Positions 18,105-28,749 of a stretch of 64,000 nt of DNA are shown one piece after another; position 1 is the stretch's first letter, and every line of letters begins with the position of its first letter. Made by a program: the position numbers and the translations under genes. The stretch comes from a bacterium. Lineage in GTDB: Bacteria > UBA8248. The notes under the pieces were generated by a model that saw only the letters and a program-made list of their open reading frames with translations, had not been told where the DNA came from and did no database searches. The stretch is taken from assembly GCA_965213685.1 (NCBI GenBank), contig CBDBZY010000013.1, positions 32,001 to 96,000 on the forward strand. Direction: 5' to 3'.

Positions 18105-18884
18105 CTAACCGCCGGGTCTGGGGCGCACCTCTATGTGCGGAAATATTTTTTCCGCGTTTTCCTTTCTGCCAAAAAAAACGGGGCCGTCGGCTTTCTCGCC
18201 GCCCGCGAGCTTTTCCAGCTCGAGGGCGCGGCCGTCCGGATGGTATGCGCCGCCGCCCACTTCCTGCAATATGGCCAAAGGCCCCAGGATGTCCCAGATT
18301 TGGGGCCTGTCCACCAGGGCGGCGATGACGCCTCCGGTGGCCGCATACGCCACGTGCGCGGAGGCGCTTCCGTACGCGACGGATTTCCCCGGATAGTCCA
18401 GCTTGTAGAAGCGCTTTCGGGAGGAGGGGCCCAGCATCACGGTTTGGTTGGTGATTTCCACCTCCTCGAGGGCGGGAAGCGCCTTCGCGTTTCTCGTGGC
18501 GCCCGCCCCCTGGAGGGCGAGAAACATCTCGTCCACCACGGGCATGTAGAATCCTCCGGCGACGGGCCTCCCGTTCTCCATGGCGCCGATGGATACGCCC
18601 CAGACGGGCAGGCCATGCAGAAACGGGTTTGTTCCATCGATGGGGTCAACGGCCCAAAGGCGCGAGCGCCCGCAAGACGGCGCCTCCCCGCCCCCGAGTT
18701 CTTCCCCGATGACGCAATCGCCGGGGAAGGACGCCCGCAGACGGGAGAGGATGAACCTTTCTACCGCGAAGTCGGCCTCGCTCACCAGGCTGCGGTCTTT
18801 TTTTCGGACGCCCCGCGCGCTGCTGGCGAACGACAGCGCCAGCTTGCCCGCCTCTTGCAGGGTTTGTTCCATGAATTCGAGCAT
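18105..18884 (-). CDS. Inositol monophosphatase family protein
   Basis: VSEAD, IGEE, WAVDPIDGT, WD motifs. Confidence 0.92.
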   Translation of the reverse strand: MLEFMEQTLQEAGKLALSFASSARGVRKKDRSLVSEADFAVERFILSRLRASFPGDCVIGEELGGGEAPSCGRSRLWAVDPIDGTNPFLHGLPVWGVSIGAMENGRPVAGGFYMPVVDEMFLALQGAGATRNAKALPALEEVEITNQTVMLGPSSRKRFYKLDYPGKSVAYGSASAHVAYAATGGVIAALVDRPQIWDILGPLAILQEVGGGAYHPDGRALELEKLAGGEKADGPVFFGRKENAEKIFPHIEVRPRPGG

Positions 18885-19069
18885 GGGCGTGTCCAGGGCT
18901 CCGGCGGCGTTGGGCGCGTATCCATCCTTGCGGAATCAGCCTATCCCGTGGAAGGAAAACTTTCCAGCCCCCGGAGGAGTGCTGCATCATCGAAAGGCCA
19001 GCGCCTCGCGCCGCCAGAAGCGCTCCTCTTCGCCCCCTGTGCGGTGCGCGGGGCATGCGCGGGCGCCCC

Positions 19070-19660
19070 GCGTTTGATGGCGTGGATGACGTCTGCTCCG
19101 GTGCTCCGGGGCGCCGGAGGGTTCGCCTCGCGCCGTCCGGAGCAAATCCGGCGTTGCCCCCATGTCCATGCCCGCCCTCATCCTTGGTGTCGGGGCGATT
19201 CCCCCACGGGCCTGGGCGCGGGCGCGCCGGCTACGCCGTGATGCGCGTCATTCTCTGGAGGTGGCATGCGCGGATGCGCCGGAGGTGGCATCATCTGATT
19301 CCGCATGCACGGGTGCTGCGGCGCATCCGGGAGCTGTGCCGGCCCGCGCCCGGAGGGACGTGTTTTTCGGGCGGTGCGCCAGCCTGGCGCCGGCGTGGAT
19401 GCGCACTCGCGGCCCGGCGTCCGGGGAGTCGCATCCACAACATGGGAGCCTGGGGAGGGATGCCCGAACTCGCGCTTCAGGAGGGCGGTGCGCACGATGG
19501 CGGGTCAAAACGCGGGCGCGGGAAACTCGGAGCGGGGAGCGGTCGTCCGTCCGCGCCCGTTGCGCGCACTCCCGGGATTCGGGGCCATGAGGCGTGCGGC
19601 GGCGGCGGGTCGGCCCATCAGCAGCGCGGCGCGGTGCGCGATCTGCTGTCGGCGGAGGCC
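19070..19660 (+). pseudogene. Decayed MATE transporter paralogue
   Basis: Frame-shifting fragments collinear with the neighbouring MATE: MPALILGVGAIP~IPLLIFGLGSFP; HLIPHARVLRRIREL~HLKPHAATMRRIILL; AVRTMAGQNAGAG~AVRTMVGQNVGAN. Confidence 0.7.
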
Positions 19661-20769
19661 GTCCGCCTGATTCCGCATGCGCGGGTGCTGCGGCGCATCC
19701 GGGAGCTGTGCCGGCCCGCGCCCGGAGGGACGTGTTTTTCGGGCGGTGCGCCAGCCTGGCGCCGGCGTGGATGCGCACTCGCGGCCCGGCGTCCGGGGAG
19801 TCGCATCCACAACATGGGAGCCTGGGGAGGGATGCCCGAACTCGCGCTTCAGGAGGGCGGTGCGCACGATGGCGGGTCAAAACGCGGGCGCGGGAAACTC
19901 GGAGCAGGGGGCGGTCGTCCACCTGCGCCTGTTGCGCGCACTCCCGGGGTGCGGGGCCATGAGGCGCGCGGCGGCGGCGGGTCGGCCCATCGGCAGCGCG
20001 GCGCGGTGCGCGATCTGCTGTCGGCGGAGGCCGTCCGCCTGATTCCGCATGCGCGGGTGCTGCGGCGCATCCGGGAGCTGTGCCGGCCCGCGCCCGGAGG
20101 GACGTGTTTTTCGGGCGGTGCGCCAGCCTGGCGCCGGGGCGCATGCGCACTCGCGGCCCGGCGTCCGGGGAGTCGCATCCACAACATGGGAGCCTGGGGA
20201 GGGATGCCCGAACTCGCGCTTCAGGAGGGCGGTGCGCACGATGGCGGGTCAAAACGCGGGCGCGGGAAACTCGGAGCAGGGGGCGGTCGTCCACCTGCGC
20301 CTGTTGCGCGCACTCCCGGGGTGCGGGGCCATGAGGCGCGCGGCGGCGGCGGGTCGGCCCATCGGCGGCGCGGCGCGGTGCGCGATCGGCTGTCGGCGGA
20401 GGCCGGCGCATCCGGAGTCCAGCGGGAGGCCGTCCGCCTGATTCCGCATGCGCGGGTGCTGCGGCGCATCCGGGAGCTGTGCCGGCCCGCGCCCGGAGAG
20501 ACATGTTTTTCGGGCGGTGCGCCAGCCTGGCGCCGGGGCGCATGCGCACTCGCGGCCCGGGGAGCCGCGTCCACAACATGGGAGCATGGGGAGGATGCTC
20601 GGACTCACGCTTCAGGGGGGCGGTGCGCACGATGGCGGGTCAAAACGCGGGCGCGAGAAACTCGGAGCGGGGAGCGGTCGTCCGTCCGCGCCCGTTGCGC
20701 GCACTCCCGGGATTCGGGGCCATGAGGCCCGGCGCGGTGCGCGATCGGCTGTCGGCGGAGGCCGTCCGC
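19295..20769 (+). repeat. Long tandem repeat, about 372-bp unit x4
   Basis: Units start CTGATTCCGCATG at 19295, 19667, 20039 and 20438 (lengths 372, 372, 399, 332). Confidence 0.97.
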
Positions 20770-20796
20770 GACGCCGGGGCCTGAGCCGCGTTGCGC

Positions 20797-22176
20797 ATGA
20801 GGTCCGCCAAGCGATACGACTATACGAGGGACTCCATCGGGCCGGGGCTGTTTCGCCTGGCGGTTCCTTCCTGCCTGGAGCCGATAGCCTGGAACGCCGA
20901 TACGCTGATCGAGATATTCTGGGTGGGGCGTCTGGGGCCGGAATACCTGGCCGCCGTGTCCCTGAGCTTCATGCTCATCTTCTTTTTTCGCGCCGTCGGC
21001 TTCGGCGTCCGCATCGCGGGCAGCGCCCTGGTGGCCCAGAGAATCGGCGCGGGAGAACCCGGGCGCGCGAGCCATGCGGCGGGCCAGTCGTTTTTGCTCG
21101 CGGGCGTCTATTACGTCGCGATCAGCGCCCTGGGCTATATGTTCTCCGCCCGCCTGCTGGGGCTCTTGACCTCTGACGCCGAGGTGATGCGGGTGGGCGT
21201 TGGATATTTGCAGGCCTCGTTTCTCACCATCGCGTTCGTGGACGGCATTTTTACGGTCTCGCATCAGCTGAAGGCGGCGGGGGAGCCCGGGAAATCCTTG
21301 ATCGCTCTGGGAGTCTCGACGCTGCTGTCCGCCATCTGCATCCCCCTGCTCATCTTCGGCCTGGGGTCGTTCCCGGGGCTGGGGCTGCGGGGCGCGGCCT
21401 TCGGCATCGGAATCGGCCGGGTTGTCGGACTCCTCGTCGCCTTGTGGATTTTGACCTCGGGACGCTCGCGCCTCCACGTCAGGCCGTTCCACCTCAAGCC
21501 CCATGCGGCGACCATGCGGCGCATCATTTTGCTGGGCTGGCCTGCGGCGGCCCAGAACATGCTGGAGCGCGGCGCCCTGCTCATCCTGCTGAAGATTCTG
21601 GCGTTGTTCGGGCCCCTGGTGTTGGCCGCGTGGTCGATAGGAAATCGCCTGGGGACGGTCTCCCGCCTGCCCGGTTTCGGGATTCAGTCCGCCGTGCGCA
21701 CGATGGTGGGCCAAAACGTGGGCGCCAACCGGCCGGATCGGGCGCTGAGAAGCGTGCATCTCGCCATGTCCGGTCTGCTCATAGTGATGTGCGGCGTTAC
21801 GCTACTCCTGTATTGGTACGCCCGGGAAATTGTTCTCGTCTTCGGGATGCGGAACGAGGGCGTCGGGGTCGGCGTCGTTTGTGTGCGGATACTCACCGTC
21901 GGCACCTTGTTCGAGGCCATGCGCCGGATGCTGGCGGGCGCTTTTCAGGGAGCGGCCAACACGAAGCCGCCGATGATTGTGGAGGCCTTCATCCGATGGG
22001 GGTTCCAGATACCGCTCGCGTATTTCGCCGCCCTGCCGCTGGGGTTCGGCGCCGCCGGCGTATGGGGCGCGATGACGATCAGCCATTTCATGGGCGGCGT
22101 ATGCCTGTTGATCTGGTTTTTGGTCTGGAGCCGCAAAAGGGGAATCGGCTCGCACGCGGAAGGGAGGTCTTTTTGA
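20797..22176 (+). CDS. MATE family efflux transporter
   Basis: About 12 hydrophobic segments; LFRLAVP, WVGRLG..LAAV, LVAQRIGAG, MVGQNVGA. Confidence 0.93.
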   Translation: MRSAKRYDYTRDSIGPGLFRLAVPSCLEPIAWNADTLIEIFWVGRLGPEYLAAVSLSFMLIFFFRAVGFGVRIAGSALVAQRIGAGEPGRASHAAGQSFLLAGVYYVAISALGYMFSARLLGLLTSDAEVMRVGVGYLQASFLTIAFVDGIFTVSHQLKAAGEPGKSLIALGVSTLLSAICIPLLIFGLGSFPGLGLRGAAFGIGIGRVVGLLVALWILTSGRSRLHVRPFHLKPHAATMRRIILLGWPAAAQNMLERGALLILLKILALFGPLVLAAWSIGNRLGTVSRLPGFGIQSAVRTMVGQNVGANRPDRALRSVHLAMSGLLIVMCGVTLLLYWYAREIVLVFGMRNEGVGVGVVCVRILTVGTLFEAMRRMLAGAFQGAANTKPPMIVEAFIRWGFQIPLAYFAALPLGFGAAGVWGAMTISHFMGGVCLLIWFLVWSRKRGIGSHAEGRSF

Positions 22177-22337
22177 GGAGGACGCTCCGGTTTCGGGGCG
22201 TCTGGAGGGCCGGGCGGCGCGGCGCGCAGAAGATGAAACGCGCGCGCGGCTGCCGGGTGGTAGTATATGTCGTGAAAACGCCTGATTTTCCGTTTGTTTT
22301 TCGCTGCGAAGCGCGCGCGGTGGATTCCGGGGGCGGG

Positions 22338-24713
22338 ATGTTCATGATCCACAAAATGGGCGGCCTCTTTTTGGCCTTGGTGCTCCTGCTGTTCGCCTCT
22401 CCGCCCGCAGGTGGGGCGAGGGCGGCGTCGGGAGAGGCGGCGGAGGCGCGGGACTGGACGATCGTTTTGGGGGAGGCGGCCCGCTATGTGCGAGGCGACG
22501 CGAAGACCCCCGGCCTTACGCAGGGACACCTGCTCCTGGTGCGGCAGATTCGCGCGCGGGCGAATGACGCGAAGGCGCGACTCCAGGAGGAGCTGCGCCT
22601 TTCCCGAAAGCTGCTCCGGGCCGTCGGTCCCCCGCCGCCTGGGGGCGGCCCGCCGGAGGCGAGGGGGCTCGCGGAGAAAAGAGAGGGGTATCAACGTCGC
22701 ATCGCGGCCGTTCGGGCGCGCATCGCCGAGGCGGATTTGGCCCTGGTGCGCGCGGAAGAACTCGAAGAGGCGTTGTCCGCCGCGAGGCTGGAACGATTTC
22801 TGGGGGACATGTACAGCCGCACGCCGATACCCTTCTCCCCGGGCGTCATCGCCCGGGGCGGTCCGGAAATGATGGCGAGGCTGGGGCGCATCCTCCGCTC
22901 TCCGTCGGATTGGCGCGCCCAGCTGCCTCCCGGGGCGGGGGTCGGCGGCGTTTTGCTGCCGGGGGCGGTGATTCTGATCTTCGGCGCGTTTTTGGGGTGG
23001 GCGATACGGCGAAGCGTTCTGGACATGTTTGGCCGCGACCCCAATGTGCCGGAGCCCTCCTACGCGCGTCGGTTCGGCGCCGCCGTCGCCGAGGGCGTCG
23101 GCAATGGCGCTTTGCCGGGCGTCATTCTGACGGCCCTGTATGTATGGGTGACCCGGCCAGGCGCCCTGGTGAGCGGATTGTTCGCCGGGGCGCTCGCCTC
23201 GTTTCTTTTGTCCGCGCTCTTTTTTGTCGGGGTGGTTGCGTTCGCCAGGGCGTTCCTCTCCCCCGATCAGTCGACATGGCGGCTCACGAGCCAGTCTCCG
23301 GCGGACGCGCAAGGCGCATATCGATGGATTCTCGTTCTGGCGGCGCTCTTCTCCATCGACATGTTTTTTTCGAACATCGGACATGAGAGAGAGGGCTCCG
23401 CCGAGTCCATGGCCGTCTACGCGGCGCTGTTCGGCGTTCTGGAGGGCCTGTTTTTCGTGCGGCTGAGCCGGTGGGAGCTCTGGCGAACGGAGGCGGCTTC
23501 AGAGGGCGCGGCCCGGGAGCGGGGCAGGGCGTGGAGGCTCGCCTGCCGCACCGCGCGGGGGCTTGCCGTGGTAGGCGTTGTCGCCTTGTGCGCCGGCTAT
23601 GGCGTTTTCGGCAGGCGCCTCCTCACCAACCTGATTCTGACGGGCCTCCTGCTCCTGGTCATGGCGTTGCTGCGCGGGCTGATACGCGAACTCGTATCCT
23701 GGCTGAGCCGCTCGGCATTCGTCCGGGAGAAGCTGCGCCTCTCCTCCGGCGCGCTGGGGGCGCTGCGCTCCTGGGAGCGGGCCATGGTAGATCCGCTCGT
23801 CCTCGTTCTGGGCGTCGTCCTCATCGTGCCCGTTTGGGGCGTGCCGGCGGACGTTCTCATCCGCTGGACGGCAGGGGTGCTGACCGAATTCCAGGTGGGC
23901 AGCGTTCGCATCTCCATCGTCGACATCGTCCTGGCTGTCCTCGTGTTTTTTCTCGCCATGGCGGGAGTGCGCTTTTTGCAGAGGCAGCTGTCCGAACGCC
24001 TCCTGGAGCAGACGGGTCTGCCTTCGGGCGTTCGCCACTCCCTCAACGCAGGGCTGGGCTATGCGGGCGTGATCGTCGCGGTGCTGCTGAGCATTTCGGT
24101 GACGGGGGTCGACCTCTCGAACCTTGCGCTCGTGGCCAGTGCGCTTTCCGTCGGCATCGGCTTCGGACTGCAAAACGTGGTGAACAATTTTGTTTCCGGG
24201 CTGATCCTCCTGGCGGAGAGGCCCGTCAAGGTGGGGGATTGGGTTCGCGTGGGGAACCATGAGGGAATCGTGAAGAAAATACAGTTTCGCGCGACGGAGC
24301 TGGAGACCTGGCAGCGGGCTTCGGTCATCATCCCGAACGCGGAGATCGTCTCGACGTCGGTCGTCAACCTGACCCATCGGGACCAATACGGCCGCGTGGA
24401 GGTCGGGGTCGGCGTGGCGTATGACTCCGACGTGCAGAAGGTGCGGGAGATTTTGCTGGACGTGGCCAGGAAGAACGAGCGGGTGAGCGAGTTTCCCGCC
24501 CCCGGCGTCGTGTTTCGCGATTTTGGCGAGAGCAGCCTGGACTTCGAGCTGCGCTGCTTCACCTCCAACGTGATGGGCCGATTGGGGGTCGGGAGCGATT
24601 TGCGATTCGAGATCGAGCGCAGGCTTCGCGAGGCGGGCGTCGAGATACCCTTCCCGCAAAGGGTGGTGCACCTGACGAATCCGCCGGAAGGGGAGCGGGC
24701 GGAAGACCCGTAG
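22338..24713 (+). CDS. Large mechanosensitive channel, MscS/MscK-like
   Basis: Signal peptide, coiled N-terminus, many TMs, ALSVGIGFGLQNVVNNFVSGLILL, IIPNAE, FGESSLDF, EIPFPQR. Confidence 0.92.
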   Translation: MFMIHKMGGLFLALVLLLFASPPAGGARAASGEAAEARDWTIVLGEAARYVRGDAKTPGLTQGHLLLVRQIRARANDAKARLQEELRLSRKLLRAVGPPPPGGGPPEARGLAEKREGYQRRIAAVRARIAEADLALVRAEELEEALSAARLERFLGDMYSRTPIPFSPGVIARGGPEMMARLGRILRSPSDWRAQLPPGAGVGGVLLPGAVILIFGAFLGWAIRRSVLDMFGRDPNVPEPSYARRFGAAVAEGVGNGALPGVILTALYVWVTRPGALVSGLFAGALASFLLSALFFVGVVAFARAFLSPDQSTWRLTSQSPADAQGAYRWILVLAALFSIDMFFSNIGHEREGSAESMAVYAALFGVLEGLFFVRLSRWELWRTEAASEGAARERGRAWRLACRTARGLAVVGVVALCAGYGVFGRRLLTNLILTGLLLLVMALLRGLIRELVSWLSRSAFVREKLRLSSGALGALRSWERAMVDPLVLVLGVVLIVPVWGVPADVLIRWTAGVLTEFQVGSVRISIVDIVLAVLVFFLAMAGVRFLQRQLSERLLEQTGLPSGVRHSLNAGLGYAGVIVAVLLSISVTGVDLSNLALVASALSVGIGFGLQNVVNNFVSGLILLAERPVKVGDWVRVGNHEGIVKKIQFRATELETWQRASVIIPNAEIVSTSVVNLTHRDQYGRVEVGVGVAYDSDVQKVREILLDVARKNERVSEFPAPGVVFRDFGESSLDFELRCFTSNVMGRLGVGSDLRFEIERRLREAGVEIPFPQRVVHLTNPPEGERAEDP

Positions 24714-24716
24714 CCG

Positions 24717-25734
24717 CTATCTGTACGTGTAGGGTTTCGGCGCGGGCCTTGGGCCAATCCTGTTTTTCATGACGCCCAGCGGCCCCATGTCGATCTCCAC
24801 GACATCCCCCGGCTGAATCCAGCGGTCGATCTCCATGCCGCATCCCCCGGGAACGGTGCCCGAGCCCAGCAGATCTCCGGTGAGGAGGTTTTCGTCCCGC
24901 GCGGTGTAGGCGAGCATCTGCCCGAAAGTCCAATACATTTCCCCGGGGGTGGTCTCTATCCAGGTTTCTCCGTTCACCCGCGCGGCCATGGGGATGGTCC
25001 GCGGGTCGCCGACCTCGTCGGGCGTCGCTATCCAGGGACCGAGGCTCCAGCACCAGTCCTTGCTTTTGTAGGGCCCGGTGCCCATCGCCATCTCGCCGCC
25101 CTGGGCGTCCCGGGCGCTCCAGTCGTTCAGTATGGCGTAGCCAAAGATGTGCGCATCCGCGTCTTCCTCGGAAATGTCCCGGCCCGGGGCGCCGACCACG
25201 CAGCAGAACTCCAGCTCAAAATCCATCTTGTCGGTAAAACTGGGCCAGGGGACTTCCTCCTCCGGCCCGGCCATGTGGGCGCAGCTCGCCTTGAAGGCGA
25301 GGGGGCGCTCATACCAGGTTTGGGGAATCTCCAGGCCCATCGTCGCAAACGTTTTTTTGAGGTGGCGCTCGAAGCCGGCGAAGCCGCGAATGAGGGGCGG
25401 GCGTTTGATGGGCGCCAGAAGCCGGGCTTCGTCCGGGGCGTATATGAGCTGCTCCCCGCGGGGGGCCGGCGGCGCCATCATGCGCGAGGGCGTATCCGAG
25501 GGCCTCCTCTGCGGCCTCGACCCCGCCCTGGCCCGCCGCCGCGAGCGCCAGCATGTCGGATGGAATGAGGGCGTCCGCCATGGCCTGGGCGCGCGAGGAG
25601 CCGCGCTGCCGGAATTGCGCCGCCGCGGCGAAATTGAGGTCGACGTATCGGAAGTCGCCGCCTTGGGATACGACGGCGCCCAGGCGCTCGAACGGGCCGA
25701 CGGGCGTTCGCACTTCAAAGGTGCAAAGTTTCAT
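24717..25734 (-). CDS. Fumarylacetoacetate hydrolase family protein; +1 frameshift at about 25460-25465
   Basis: N-terminus MKLCTFEV..., C-terminus MDFELE, LNDWSARD, KSKD, GDLLGSGT. One extra C in a C6 run (minus strand) separates the two frames. Confidence 0.85.
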
Positions 25735-26038
25735 GGCGTCTCTCCGGGTTCGGTGAATTTGTGAAGTCGTCCGTCGCATCCGGCTGGAGGGGGGGCGGAC
25801 AAGTTTTTTGATGGGGACCCGGGGAGCGGGCCCGTCGTGGGCGCGCCCTCTCCCTGGCGGGGCCGCCTCCTTCTTCCGCCATTATAGCCCAGAATGATAG
25901 CCTGGATGGGCCTCGTGTGGCTACCGCCGGGTGCGCGCCGCCGCCGGCGATGGGCGCGAGGCGGGCTTCCTGCCTGCTGGCCCCGCGCTTGCGGCACTCC
26001 CTGAAAACCTCCCTCCCCGAGCGGACGTCCAGTCCCGT

Positions 26039-26563
26039 TTATTGCAAGTCGACCTTGTCCTTCTCGTCCGTTTCCGGAAAGGGGCCTTCCTTGATTTCGA
26101 TGAGCTTGGAATCATCCTCCAGAAATTCCACCTCATGCCCTTCGTACATCAGTATGAGGTCGTCGCGCCGCAAAACCGCATCGCCCAGGCTCTCTCCGTC
26201 CCTGGTGAACACGCCCACCCGGACGCTCCCGCGCTGGCACAGGAGAATCTGGTGCCGGGTCGCGTTCGTGGGCCTCTCCTCCACCACGTGATAATGCGCT
26301 TTGGTGATGGCGCCTTTGGGTCTGTTCAGGACGATGATTTGAAGGGGTACGTCATCGTCCGTCAGGTGCGCCTTGGTGTTGCGCTCCGCGTCGACGTCCT
26401 GGCCGGCGTATGCGGCGCGGATATGCTCTTTCGCCTCGTCGGTGTCCAGGTAGGGAGGGAATTTGGCGTAGTCGTTGAAATCTCCCTTGACGTGTATGGC
26501 GACGATGCGCCCGTCGGCGGCCTTGTAGTAGTCCACGCTTCGGGAATCCACCTCTAAAGACAT
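26039..26563 (-). CDS. Cupin-fold hypothetical protein
   Basis: AHYH..QILLCQRG..GHEVEFLED..IEIKEGP; RBS GGAGG; follows nadC. Confidence 0.7.
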   Translation of the reverse strand: MSLEVDSRSVDYYKAADGRIVAIHVKGDFNDYAKFPPYLDTDEAKEHIRAAYAGQDVDAERNTKAHLTDDDVPLQIIVLNRPKGAITKAHYHVVEERPTNATRHQILLCQRGSVRVGVFTRDGESLGDAVLRRDDLILMYEGHEVEFLEDDSKLIEIKEGPFPETDEKDKVDLQ

Positions 26564-26639
26564 CGTTCTTCCTCCGGTGCGATGGAAAACGGGGAAACGG
26601 AATCTCCGGTGCGGCCGCCGGAATGGATTCTGCGCGAAA

Positions 26640-27524
26640 TCACGAATCCGCCTGCGTGATCTTCATGTGAAAATCCAGCGGGGGTGCTGCGCGGACGAGC
26701 GCGCTGGTGGAAATGTAGTCCACCCCCGTCGCCGCGATGCTTCGCATGTCGCCGCCGCCGACGCCGGAGGCCTCGAGCTCGTAGGGTTTTCCGGTCCTGG
26801 AGGCGCGGCCCGCCTCCCGGGTGCGGGCGACAGCCTTCCGGAGCGCCCGGACGTCCATGTTGTCCAGCAGGATCATGCGCACCCGCCCGTCCCGGATGAC
26901 TTCTTCGAGCTGCGTCAGATTCTGCACCTCGATCTGGATGTCCGTCATGTAGCGCTTGCCGAATTGCGCGTCGATGGCGGCGGGGATGGAGCCCGCCGCC
27001 GCAATGTCGTTGTCTTTTATCATCACGCCGTCGAAGAAGCCGAACCGATGATTTTGCCCGCCGCCCGCCCGGACGGCGTATTTTTCAAAATAGCGCAGCC
27101 CCGGCCGGTTCTTTCTCGTGTCCACGATCCCCCGGAGCGTTTCGGGCAAATCCCCGAGGCGGGCCAGCGTGTCCGCCGTGTGCGTGGCGATTTCCGATAT
27201 GTGGGAGAGGAGGTTGAGCGCGGTGCGCTCCGCCTTGAGGATGGTCTGGGCGTGGCCGGAAACGGACGCCAGAACCTCCCCCCTGGAAATTCGGGCACCC
27301 TCGCCCTTTCGCCAGCGGACCACGGGGGGCCGGCTTGGCCCCAGGGCGAGGAGGTTCTGGGTTTCCTCCAGGACGGGAAGGAAAAACGGGCGGCCTGCGA
27401 GAATGGCGTCGCTCTTCGAGCGCAACTCCGCCGCGCACCAGGGTTGTTTTTCCGCCTCGTAGTGGAGGGGCGCGCCTCCAAAGTCCTCCAGGAGCCATGC
27501 GCGAATTTTGGAGCGGATGTCCAT
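26640..27524 (-). CDS. nadC: Quinolinate phosphoribosyltransferase
   Basis: ERTALNLL, DTRK, EKYAVRAGGGQNHR, MIKDN, IEV, ILLDNM, EASG, GVDYIS. Confidence 0.95.
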   Translation of the reverse strand: MDIRSKIRAWLLEDFGGAPLHYEAEKQPWCAAELRSKSDAILAGRPFFLPVLEETQNLLALGPSRPPVVRWRKGEGARISRGEVLASVSGHAQTILKAERTALNLLSHISEIATHTADTLARLGDLPETLRGIVDTRKNRPGLRYFEKYAVRAGGGQNHRFGFFDGVMIKDNDIAAAGSIPAAIDAQFGKRYMTDIQIEVQNLTQLEEVIRDGRVRMILLDNMDVRALRKAVARTREAGRASRTGKPYELEASGVGGGDMRSIAATGVDYISTSALVRAAPPLDFHMKITQADS

Positions 27525-27555
27525 GTGTCGTCCATACGCCGAATGACGCCGCGCG

Positions 27556-28680
27556 CTATGCGATCTCCAGCATGCGTTCGATGGGGATTCGCGCGCGCCG
27601 CGCCAGCTCCGCGTCCACGGTAATTTCATGCTTGCGGTCGCGCAGGCATTCGTAGAGGTTTTGCAGCGTGTTTTGTTTCATGTAGGCGCAGAGCGCCTCG
27701 CGGCTCGCGGGGATCAGGGTCTTCTCCGGAACCGCCTTGGACATGGGGTGGAGGTTTCCGACCTCGGTGGCCACGATGACCTCGGAGTGCGGGACTTCCC
27801 CGACCAGCTGGATCATGCCCTGGGTGGATCGGAACTGGAGCATGTCCTCGGGCACGATGCCGTCGTTCACCTGGCGCATGCAGGCGCTGGTGCATCCGCA
27901 CTCCGGGTGCACCACGGTGATGGCTTCGGGGTGCAGGCGCTGCTGCTCGGCGACGTGATGCGGGCGGATTCTCTCATGCACGTGACACGCGCCCATCATG
28001 AGGTGGAGCCGGTCCAGCGAATGTCCCCTGCTCTCCAGGAGCTTGGCCGCGTAGAAACCCAGAAAGACGTCGGGCAAAAAGAGTATGGGCTGCCCGGGCC
28101 TGGACTGCTCCAGGACGTGGAGGGTGACCTTGCCCGCGTTGGCCGACGCGCAGCAGTAGTCGCTCTCCGCCTTCACCTCCAGGTACGTGTTGACGTAGCT
28201 GATGACGATTCCGTCTGGATGCGCTCTCCTCCATTCCCGAATCTTCCCGGCGTCGGCGTGGGCGGCCAGGGAGCAAAGCGCCTGGAGGCTGGGGGCCAGA
28301 ACCGTCTGGTGCGGCTTTTTGAGCGCGGCCAGAATCTGGTTCATGAACAACACGGACGGCTCGACGAGGTAGTCCGCATCGGAGGCGGCGCCCTGCCGGG
28401 CGAGAAACAACGAGTCGCCAATGATGTCGGACACGTCCTGAATGTCTTCGGGCACGTAATTGTGGGCGAGGACGAGGGCGTTTCTCTCCTTCTTGAGGCG
28501 CCTGATCTCGCCTTGCAGAAATTCCCTTTCCTCCTCCGTGACGTTCTCGGGGTGGGCGTCTTCCGGGATTTCGGGAACGTCGATGGAGGGGCCCAGGTCC
28601 GTTTGGTCCATCAGGGCGATGGCGTCTTTTGCGGGGAGGATGTCGCCGGCTTCCACATCTCGGATCATTGTGAACTCCAT
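27556..28680 (-). CDS. nadA: Quinolinate synthase
   Basis: LAHNY, GDSL, CSLA, YVNT, CHVHE, HPEC, ST.GM, ATEVG, CAYMKQN. Confidence 0.96.
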   Translation of the reverse strand: MEFTMIRDVEAGDILPAKDAIALMDQTDLGPSIDVPEIPEDAHPENVTEEEREFLQGEIRRLKKERNALVLAHNYVPEDIQDVSDIIGDSLFLARQGAASDADYLVEPSVLFMNQILAALKKPHQTVLAPSLQALCSLAAHADAGKIREWRRAHPDGIVISYVNTYLEVKAESDYCCASANAGKVTLHVLEQSRPGQPILFLPDVFLGFYAAKLLESRGHSLDRLHLMMGACHVHERIRPHHVAEQQRLHPEAITVVHPECGCTSACMRQVNDGIVPEDMLQFRSTQGMIQLVGEVPHSEVIVATEVGNLHPMSKAVPEKTLIPASREALCAYMKQNTLQNLYECLRDRKHEITVDAELARRARIPIERMLEIA

Positions 28681-28749
28681 GTATGGGAATGTCCGTAACC
28701 AGTGCGTTTCAACCGCTGCGCTGCACGCCGTCCGGCGGCGCGAGCCTTA

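Noticed and set aside
19055-20725. 556-aa repeat ORF as an established protein, or the array as CRISPR or an IS
   Set aside because: Arg/Gly/Ala-rich, mixes MATE-derived and off-frame sequence, and has no clear RBS, spacers, transposase or terminal repeats. Kept only as a hypothesis.
21444-22337. Long N-terminal extensions in the ORF track (MscS, SDR 10439..12199, gmk 49350..51158, tctA to 60259)
   Set aside because: They overlap other real genes; homology and RBS indicate later starts.
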